Source: Paramoeba atlantica (lineage: Eukaryota; Protista; Discosea). From it: 64,000 nt of DNA. The stretch covers positions 682,001-746,000 of the forward strand of contig CDRNVI010000039.1 in the NCBI GenBank assembly GCA_977017575.1, given 5' to 3'. Shown here one piece after another: positions 33,197 to 42,743 of the stretch (within the stretch, counting starts at the first letter, position 1; each line of letters opens with the position of its first letter). The notes under the pieces are model-generated. The model ran no database searches and had not been told where the DNA came from. It was given only the letters and a program-made list of their open reading frames with translations. The position numbers and the translations under genes were made by a program.

Positions 33197-33544
33197 TTAG
33201 CGGACACCCGCCTTCCTCCACTCTTTTACCGCGGAGGATAGTATCGCGGGGTTGCCTTTTTGAACAGCCACATTAATGGCTTGTAGTGCATGACGCAGGA
33301 AACCTTTCCTGTCATACGTATACCTTGCGATCTCCTTTAGGAGGAGTACGGTGCGCTTCCCTGCCACACCAAAAACGGTAAATGCAAGGGGGTAGAAATG
33401 CATACCCCTTTTCGTGGCCATGTCACTGTGCGCTTTTACTTTCAAGCTTTCCACCCTTTCTAGAGTGTTGCCAGGCGCTACCCATTCGGCCTTAACATAA
33501 GAAGGGGCGAGGGGGACATTCGGGATAATCTTTGGAATGTGTTT
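33197..33544 (-). mobile_element. CRE-clade endonuclease 3' fragment
   Basis: PLAPSYV, K...GMHFYPLAFTVFG..G, AVQKGN; similar to 12619-13257. Confidence 0.8.
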
Positions 33545-34432
33545 GAATTGCGCTTCGAGGAACATATAAAACAGTAGAAAGAACAATAGAAAGCTTTATA
33601 AAATATCACAAATATACTTCCCTCATTTGCACACTACATTCCTCAGATTTTCTCTTGCCATAAATCCTTTCAGAAAATCTGCATACTTGCTGTAAAGTAG
33701 CTAATAAAAACAAGATCACCAATACAACATATCAACCCTGAACTCCACCACCAAGAGATTTCTTGGTGGTTCAAAGGAAGTTTTCTTCCTTACGCGAACG
33801 GGTGTCCACGCGGGGAATGGTTATGGGGGTTGGTGGGTGGGGCAAAAAATTTTAAAACTGGAAATGAAAATGTTTTCTATAGATACACGTATACTCAATT
33901 CCAAACGCTTCAAATTCTTATGAAAGTCATAATAAAGAAATATTATGTGCCCCGCAGGGCCAGTTATCACTCTTATAAACCTCTTGCACAATTCTTTCCG
34001 TAAACTTTTAGAATTGCGCTTCGAGGAACATATAAAACAGTAGAAAGAACAATAGAAAGCTTTATAAAATATCACAAATATACTTCCCTTATTCGCACAC
34101 TACATTCCTCTGATTTTCTCTTGCCATAAATCCTTTCAGAAAATCTGCATGCTTGCTGTAAAGTAACCAATAAAAACAAGATCACCAATAAAACATATCA
34201 ACCCTGAACTCCACTACCAAGAGATTTCTCTCTTCCTTACGCGAACGTGTGTCCACGCGGGGACCGCAAAAAATTTTAAAACTGGAAATGAAAATGTTTC
34301 CTATAGATACACCTATACTCAATTCCAAACGCTTCAAATTCTTATGAAAGTCATAATAAAGAAATATTATGTGCCCCGCAGGGCCAGTTATCACTCTTAT
34401 AAACCTCTTGCACAATTCTTTCCGTAACCTTT
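33545..34432 (-). mobile_element. Non-autonomous mini YR element consisting only of split direct repeats A1-B1-A2-linker-B2
   Basis: 466-bp-period duplication. Shares the G-rich linker, the B|A junction (CGTAAACTTTTA|GAATT) and AAATATTATGTGCCCCG.AGGGCCA with the TATE-like element. Confidence 0.8.
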
Positions 34433-34904
34433 TTTTTTTGGTGTTTTTTTATCCACCCTCAAAAGATAGGGTGGTTTTTTTTTGTCAAGGGGCACCTTAT
34501 TTGCATTACCTAAGGTGCAGGGGTATAGCGCACCCCACCTCCCTAGCTGTAACCTAACTCCTCTCCAAGCGGAGGTCAGCCGTAGCTTGTTATGGCTGGC
34601 TCTCCGGATACGTCGAAAGACGTATTCGGACTGCCCGTTTGGGGAGTTGAGGGGCCATAACGTTTCGGAGTCAAAAGGCCCAATACATCATCATCATCAT
34701 CATGAATCCTTTCCAGAAAACAAGAGGGGGGCGCAGAAAGTGGTTTTGGTCCAGCAGGGTTAAAGGAGGCCACAGACGTGAGCGGGAAGTATGGCGTCAC
34801 GCACGTGACGCTCACTTCTTGTCTCTCCACCGGAGCTCGATCCTTCGCCTTGACGTGGCGCTCCGGCTTACCACCCTTTTGGGTGAACCAAGAAGGGATC
34901 AGTC

Positions 34905-35367
34905 ACGTAAATTGTACCAGACGCGGTACAGAGGGAGAGGGCGACACCCCTGACGGTTTCATAAATAGTACCAGACGCGGTACAGAAGAGTAGGGCGACA
35001 CCCCTAACGGGTCGCATAAATAGTACCAGACGCGGTACAGAAGAATAGGGCGACACCCCTAACGGGTCGCATAAATAGTACCAGACGCGGTACAGAAGAG
35101 TCAGGTGACACTCCTGACCGGTCGCATAAATAGTACCAGACGCGATACAGAAGAGCAGGACGACACCCGTGACGGGTCGCATGAATAGTACCAGATGCGG
35201 TACAGAAGAGTAGGGCTACACCCGTGACGGGTCGCACAAATAGTACCAGACGCGGTACAGAAGAATAGGGCGACACCCCTGACGGGTCGCATAAACAGCA
35301 CCAGACGCGGTGCAGAAGGTGAGAACGACACCCCTGTTGGTTACAATAACCGTACCAGACGCGGTAG
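34905..35367. repeat. 55-bp tandem repeat, 9 copies, two hairpins per unit
   Basis: GTACCAGACGCGGTAC at 34914, 34968, 35023, 35078, 35133, 35188, 35243, 35298 and 35352. Confidence 0.92.
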
Positions 35368-35823
35368 TAGGTGGTTCAAAACACGAATTCCATCACAAAT
35401 GGTACCGTTGACGAAGATTGTTGTTGAATGTTGTTAGGCTTTCTATCCCATTCGGGATGTTGCCTCCCCGGAGTAAGCCGAGGTAGCTTTGGGGGAGGCT
35501 ATTACTCAAAGGTGGATTTTCATCCACCTTGTCCGCTGAAACTATCTTAACCCTTTCAGGTTGAGACATTCAAATCCAAGGACAGCATGCAAAATCCAAG
35601 GACTACATAAGTGTGTTCCGCAGGACCGAGAGTGGCCTCCCCCGGAGTAGCCGCCCATTACTGCTTGCTGGCATAGTTCGGGAGCGTTGAGTCTCAGCTT
35701 CAACAGTTTAGACTCCTCAGCTTCAATGGACCAAGTCTTCTAGGGTGTTATACAACAACAACAACAAATACACTGAGTCCTTTTTAGTGGACCAGTTAGG
35801 GGCTCTCGAGTAGGTTTTTTTAA

Positions 35824-35941
35824 GAGTACAACACTCAGGGTTCCCGAGCGATCGCTCACCTCAGTACTAACTGAGCCTGACGGTGCTTAACTTCACAAAG
35901 CGAACGGGATGTGGTGTTTTCACCGTAGTATGGTCGTACCC
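35824..35941 (-). rRNA. 5S rRNA copy 1 (118 nt)
   Basis: GGGTACGACCATAC...CCCGTTCGCTTTGTGAAGTTAAGC...GTTAGTAC...GGGAACCC..GTGTTGTACTC; kinetoplastid-type 5' end, helices pair. Confidence 0.95.
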
Positions 35942-35954
35942 TTTTTTTTAAAAA

Positions 35955-36072
35955 GAGTACAACACTCAGGGTTCCCGAGCGATCGCTCACCTCGGTACTA
36001 ACTGAGCCTGACGGTGCTTAACTTCACAAAGCGAACGGGATGTGGTGTTTTCACCGTAGTATGGTCGTACCC
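35955..36072 (-). rRNA. 5S rRNA copy 2 (118 nt)
   Basis: Identical to copy 1 except one structure-compatible change (U.G to C-G); 13-bp T5A8 spacer. Confidence 0.95.
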
Positions 36073-36302
36073 CCGTGCTATACCCCCGAGTGGCCTTGGC
36101 TTCTCAGCTTCAAAGGGCTAAACCTCGGCTTCAAAGGGCTCCTATCTCTCCGAATTCTGACCCTAACCCCGTTTTAATGGGTTATTTGCAAGCCGCAGAT
36201 GAGCGGTACCCAACCCGAAAAGCGGTATGAAGTTCCCCTTAGGGGCTCATCTTCAGGTGCATTTCAGGCCTATCCATTACAGGGTCTAGCGTTCACACAG
36301 TT

Positions 36303-37254
36303 TTAGTTCCTTGGGAATGATTTTTTAGTACCTCTGTTTAACGTTTGGGTTTTCGTGCTCTTTCTATATTCATCTATTGTCTTTATCCAACTTTTTTTAT
36401 TCTGGGCTTTCAGTTTCGATGAGCAATCTGTTGTTATCCCAACTCTTTCCAGTGCAGCTACAAGGCTTCTACTATAGCATGGCAGGCTTCGTTTATATGT
36501 ATTTCCTCTATTTTGAGTTGATCGATATTTGCCGAATAGCACTCTGTTCGGGAATCTATCTGGACCCATTCTTGCGACGTGTCCAGCAAACAGTAAACTT
36601 CGGGCATCTATTTGTGGCTGGAGTGGGTCCATTCCTGCGATCGATAGGCATTCCTTCTGGGAGGTATATCTTATTGCATCCTTCGCAGATTCTTGGTGTT
36701 GTTTATCATTGGAGTCGCTATTGTCGTTCTTGACCCATGGTATGCCGAAAGATGTTTTGATGTATCTTATATAGGCGCGGTTGAGTTTCAGATGCTGGGT
36801 TTGTGTAAGCGCCCACGTTGAGCTCGCATATAGTAGAATTGGTACTATACAGACTTCTAGGATGTCTTTTCGTTTTCCTTGTGATAGCCTTATCTTTCCA
36901 CAAGTCTCTAAATTTTCTCATACCTGCGCAAGCTCTTCCTATTCTGTTTTCTATTTCTTCTTCCAATGAAGCATCTTCACTGATGACTGTTCCAAGGTAT
37001 GAGAAGTTCCGTACTTGTTCAATAGTTTCTTCTTGTGCTTTTATCTCGGATGTGTAATACTTTTCAGCTTTGCAAGGTTGAATTACCTGTGTTTTAGTTT
37101 TCCTTGTGTTTATCCTTACTCCCCATCGGTTCATAACCCCTACTACTGACGAAGACTGTACCGTTATCATTCCACCCATGCGACTGCATAAGATGGGATT
37201 CCGACAACATTGTATAGATGCTGAAATGAATTTTGATAGACCAGACAGAAGCAT
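36303..37254 (-). mobile_element. RTE-like non-LTR retrotransposon 3' remnant (RT end and thumb), frameshifted
   Basis: GVRINTRKTK, IEQV..FSYLG..IS......EEI..RI..A, and LLFAGHVARMGPDRFPNRVLFG. Confidence 0.88.
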
Positions 37255-37789
37255 TTCTTGTTTTTCGAAGTGATTACCGAAACATGAGAAATCCTTTAGA
37301 TGGTAATTGCGGCACTTTGATCTCGCCCCGGTGGAGAGACAAGAAATGCTTCTAGGCTCAGCTCTGAAGACTAGAAGCTAACTTCTTGGCTTGACATTGA
37401 GGGAGAGTCCTTCATCATCTACTAATGCAATGTAGAAATACGAGTGTGATGAAATGTGCCAATATGAATATGATCCACCGCAATATGAGAAAACGTGTAG
37501 CCTACATAATTTTATAGGTGATATCAAACGGTTGCGTACAATTTACATACTATATGTCAGACTCGGAGACGGACATCGCTATACTCAACTGCATCGAGGG
37601 CGAGTACAAGGTTCTCGAAAAGTACGTTCTACTTAATATTATAGAAAAGAAAAGTGGACACCCCTTTTCATTGCTTTACATAACAATTGGCCAAAGCGAC
37701 ATTCCTTCACTCTCTCCGTGCTCAAAGCTGTGGGAGAAACCATTCCCGATGCTGAAAAACTGGATGTTGCTAGTCTAGTTGAAGACGGC

Positions 37790-38429
37790 AAATAGGATGA
37801 CAAAAAGGTGACGGGAAAGCTCCTTCTCGAAATTGCGCGAAACGCGCTCAATAAGATAGAGGTTGATCGCGCGGACGAAGAAGCGAAACCGAAGATGCAT
37901 GAGACAAACTCGTCAGAGGAGGGTGTACTCTTCGCTCTCATCGGAAACTACGCGGCACCTAAACTCTCTCAGACGTTCATTGACTCGATAGCACCACCAG
38001 GGGTTATCGCCACCCGACAAAGTTTGGGAATGAAAAGGGCGATTGCTGACTCTCTGGAAGTAGGGGAGGAAGCTTTATTGGAAGAACACGCTGTCGGCGG
38101 AGCGGGATTGCTGAACGCAAAATGGTTGACACGAGGTGTTCATCAAATGGTATGGAAGCTACTGAGCAAGGTAGCGGGAAGGGTGATGAACGGAACGGGG
38201 AAGCCATCAAAACCTCATGGGAGACAACGATACCGCTAATATTGTACGCAATGCGGTTGCTAAAAAGGCAAAAATGATGTTAACAACGCAGCGGTTGCGC
38301 ATGAAAAATATAAATGCACTCAACAACAATCCATCATTACTGGACAGGAGAGCGTATCTCCCCCCGTATGTCAGGGCATTCGACTTTTGTCGAATGATGG
38401 GGCGTAGCGACCCCAGCTTCCCTAGCTAA
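37790..38429 (+). mobile_element. Degenerate non-LTR RT thumb-region remnant whose 3' UTR carries the hairpin array
   Basis: LIGNYAAPKL...MKRAIADSL...HAVGGAGLL resembles the Y..PKL...GGLGL thumb pattern of REL-type elements. Confidence 0.5.
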
Positions 38430-38432
38430 CTC

Positions 38433-38627
38433 ACCCGGCGTCGCACAACAAGACGCTACATACCTAGGGTGGGTACGATCAAGGTCCCGCGGATGACGCT
38501 ACCCGGTGCCAGCAAAACAAGGCACAAAATAACTAGGGTAACGGTCACCCAGACATCGCAGCGTGAGAATGACACCGCCCGGTACCGGATATAACAAGGT
38601 ACTAAGGAACTAGGGTGGGTGTCATTC
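38433..38627 (+). ncRNA. Array of three copies of the unknown hairpin motif
   Basis: Cores at 38433, 38501 and 38577; inner stems GCGTC/GACGC, GTGCC/GGCAC, GTACC/GGTAC. The upstream 45 bp is homologous to the flank of the 31042-31278 array. Confidence 0.7.
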
Positions 38628-38969
38628 AGCATAATCTTTAGAGTGTGTTGTGTTTTTTCACTTCAAAAGAAGTGTTTTTTTCATAAAGAAGATTTTCTTG
38701 TAGTATATAAAAGGGGTTAAAAAAAAAGATAAGCTGGCTGCTCGCGCTCGATCTGGTCAAATCTTCGGATTTGACCAGCGTGCTGCGTGGCACAGCTCCT
38801 AGCAAGCGATAAGGGGGGGCTTGTTCTAGGGAGGTAACATCTCCTCGGAGATATAATGCCTAAAAAATCAAAATCATGACCGCGGAAAGAGCGAAAGGAA
38901 GTGTCATGCATCAACAAAATTGGGATGGAAGCATGTCAGGCTCACGAAAAGACCCTTCTCTTTTTTTGA

Positions 38970-40452
38970 TTGAACGTAGGGCCAAATGATACGATTACTC
39001 TAGGAAATTACGGCATTGTACCAAGGGTTGACTCATATCGATATCTAGGCCACATGAAACACTCGCATAAGAATCGAGCCACTTTACAAGACCGTATACA
39101 ATTAGCTTGGAGAGCATTTCATCGCTTAAAGCCGCTCTGGAGGGAACATTTAAGTGTAACGCTCCGCCTGAGAATATTTAATGCTCTTGTAACATCAGTT
39201 TTGTCGTACGGTTTAGCCTCTTTGGTTCCGACAGGTGTAGAATTAAAGATACTTGACACAGAAGTCAATAAGATGCGCAGAATAGCGACAGGGACGCCGT
39301 TGTGGGATGGTTATAAGCAAATACCAACATGTGCGCTGTATAGGGGAGAACCGAAAGTTTCAACGCTCCTGAGAGTCAACCGCGCTAAACTAGTTGGACA
39401 CCTTTTGCGGCATGATTCCCCTTTTGCGAATGTTGCATTATGGAACATAAGGGAAGAGGCACGCATACGCTCATTGTCTGAAGCTTGTGCCCAGGATCTA
39501 GCAATAGATCCAATAGAAATGCACGAACGGGCACTTGATCGATGTTCTTGGCGTAATCTTATTCAGAATTTGTACCAACGACTAGAACCTATCGCCTATT
39601 ATAATCCTTTTGATTCAACTAAAAGAATAGCAGAAGTTGCAAAGATTTTGCAATCGAATCAAAACTCTCTGGAAAAATGGCACGCATTGCAGTTTCAAGA
39701 GGAGAGTGAGACACTTTGGCCCCATAACAACTTGCTTCATATATATTGTGATGGTTCAGTGAGAAAGCTTTCGAACAATATATTCGCAGGGGCATGTGCT
39801 GTAGCCTTCGAAGGAAACGAGATTCTAGCGACTAACGACAAAACGTTGGACTCTATTAACGCAACACCAATACGGGCAGAGCTTTCAGCTTTCTTATTGG
39901 CATTATCAACTGGTCAAGAGAAGAACGTATCTTTCATAGTACACGTAGACTCCGAGCATACATGGAATTTCTGGCACAATTACCGTCGCGCATATCAATT
40001 GGGTCATTATGATGGACTTGAGAATGCCGATTTGTTGATTCAAATAAACAGTCTAGCACAGGAAATAAACAAGAAACATGAAATTCTAGTTGTCAAAGTC
40101 AGAGCACATTGTGGTAATTCAAGGAATGAACATGTGGACCAAATTGCAAAGGAAAGTGCAACATCTGAGTCTATAAGCGTCGCGGAGCCCTATATGAATA
40201 TATGGAGTATCATTCTGGCACAGCAGCACAAAACATCGATGGCTCCGTCAATTTCGTCTGAACGGCAGCATCCAACAAACATATCGCCTGTGAATATTGC
40301 GTGTAAACATCCGTGTAAAGATAAAAGAACGTGTGGTCATAAGTGTTGCAAACGACATTTGTGAATAGCATTGAAAGGTTATTAATTTAGTGACATAATC
40401 AAGGACTCTTAGCCACTTATAACACAGTGGTGTATTATTATTATTATTATTT
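38970..40452 (+). mobile_element. 5'-truncated RTE-like non-LTR element with RNase H and terminal Cys cluster (ORF 38970-40364), (TAT)n tail
   Basis: YRYLG, RIQLAWRAF..L..LW, LVGHLLRH, R..WR; RNase H IYCDGS...RAELSA...VDS...NADL...VRAH.G..RNE.VD.IAK; CKHPCKDKRTCGHKCCK. Confidence 0.88.
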
Positions 40453-40745
40453 AATCGCCAGCCTTCGAAATGTTCTAACTGTAATCGGTTAGGACATGTC
40501 GCACGCGAGTGTCGTGCGCTGACGTATTGCTTCAAGTGCAGAGGCAACGTTGGACACAAGGGGGGTGACGCGAAATGCCCCAAGAATTGACTAGACTAAG
40601 GAGAACGACGGTGGAAGATGTAAGGGAGAAGCAGAAGCAGAAGTCGAGAAGACCAGTATAAAGTCACACGAAATTAATTTTCTGTACCTTTCTGTCCCTC
40701 TACATCACATTACTTTAAAACTGATTTAACTAACATAAAAGTTGA

Positions 40746-41687
40746 ATGCTTAAAAAAGTCTCCTTGAAAAGGGTCCGGGACGAGCTTCAACAAGCAAACA
40801 AAAACTCTTACAGAATAGAGCAACTTACAGACGCGGCTGTGAAAGCTTCCACGGCTCGGGAACGAACTAGGGACTGGCGCATCCTGATGCATCTGCTTAG
40901 CATAGAACACGTATCTGAAATCACAATGTCTAGGTTTATTGATGTACTGGCAATTATTGCTGAGCACTATAGTCCCTCTAGACTTGAAAAGATGAGATCG
41001 GCCCTTGTTCACCGACAAACTCTGGATTTGCCGGAGTCCGAAAGGTGGACTCAGGATAGTAAATTCAGAATTGCGTTCCGAGGGCTCATCAGTGAATGCG
41101 AGCGACGCGTGAAATGCATCACAAAGAGCAAGTATAATACCAACTCAGAAGAAGCAGGAACACAAGGCCCGATTTTTGGTCAGAAATTGCAGGAGTTACT
41201 TCTCACATGCGTGGAACAAAGAAGGGGAATCTAGGCGGGAGCAGTGAAACTGGGTTTCGAAGGCCTTCTCAGGAGTTCAGAGATCAGGACGCTTCGAAAG
41301 GAACATCTGATAAGAACGGAGAACGGACGGTGGTACGTTCGAGCCGTTGGAGGGAAAGGGAGAAGGGAAGATGAGATAAAAGTGTATTTGCGAGATACAG
41401 ACGCCAAGATCGAGAGAATGTGGATGATCTTAAAGAAGGGATGTCCAGATGAGTTAATCTTTCCAAACTGGAGCGCCAGGGAAGCGAACAACATAATAAA
41501 TGACGCTGCCATCGAATACAAATGGGATCCAAAAAGAATTTGGTCCATGCATTCACTGAGGCATGGTAAGGCGACTGACCTAAAGTTGAGGGGTGTTGAA
41601 CCCGGAGAAAGGAAATCCTTGGGACGATGGCGAAGCGCAACTGCCGAACAACATTACAGCCGACACCCCAATCAACATAACCAATAA
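40746..41687 (+). pseudogene. Tyrosine recombinase of the VIPER-like element, with one in-frame TAG at 41232-41234
   Basis: GFEGLLRSSEI, GGK, HSLRHG, LGRW.S...HY catalytic R-K-H-R-W-Y set; both ORF-track pieces are in the same frame. Confidence 0.9.
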
Positions 41688-42743
41688 GAGGGCCGAACAT
41701 GCCATAACATTAGTAAAAGTAATTTAAGGAAATGTTCTCGCCGATACCTCTAGTGATATGTGATATCTCTAGTGTATGTGAGTAAGTAGTATCTACACGT
41801 ATGAGAGGTCCCAAATTCTACAAAAAAGTTAGAAGTTGATGGTACAACTGATATGATAGAATAGTAGTCTCCCACATTACAGTATTCCTTCATGTGTAGT
41901 ATGACAGGCGACATGGAGTACGTAGAGCAACGGCGAGGTGACCATTTAAACACATCGACAGGCTTATACCACCGTACTTTAGAGGAATTCGATATACGAA
42001 TCGGCACATCACACACCGAATTGCCGCTCGATCCGATAAGTGTTGCTGGTTGTGTTCTCCTTGGACGACTGAGAGTATGGTCGAGCTCGATGAATATACA
42101 CTGGCTCACAGAAGCCACAGACATACTTTCACGAGATGAGGTCTTCAATTCCGTGCTCCAACCGGAAGCAAGAAAGTGCCATTTTGATAAGACGTTCGCC
42201 TTGTCTACACTAGATATTAGTCAAATTAAGAAATGTGGAACTCTGCGCGATATCGATAGAGAAATCAACGTCTTCTCTCCCCTGCATCATAATGAAAGTA
42301 AACCATGTTAAAACCAATTTTCCTAGTAATATATCGCTTCAATGAAAGTTTCAGTCCAATCATCCCGACTATTTTTAGTTTCCAATAAACTATATCTATC
42401 TGACGAATTATCAAGGTACCTGGCCAATATAATAAAAACAATCACAGAAACCCAGTCAACAACTCCTCAAACTTACGAACGGGCATCCCGTCCACCAACT
42501 CCGCGAACCAACCCGTTCGCCCGTAATCCAAACTCCCGCGCGCACGTGTTTGTAGCAAATGGTGGCGGCCAATTACTAAAAACTCGTAACGTTTTTCAAG
42601 AATTCCTACCGCGTAATAAAATTGAATAGTATATATTTTCTATATAGCTAATTTTTTTTTTTTTTTGATTCTATATAATGAGTTTTACTAATTAATGGTA
42701 CATTCATACCTATGCGAGTTTCCATACATGTATGTATACATGC

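Noticed and set aside
34905-35367. CRISPR-like look: a palindromic 16-bp core recurring every 55 bp
   Set aside because: The intervening sequences are homologous to each other, so it is a tandem repeat; no cas genes, eukaryotic context.
38700-38870. HDV-like ribozyme near ATCTCCTCGGAGAT and the TTCG hairpin
   Set aside because: Simple hairpins only; no P1 partner or J4/2 arrangement found.
40678-40692. TTTCTGTACCTT partial SL match
   Set aside because: Only 12 nt, lacks the GTTG end and is not at an evident junction; may be chance.
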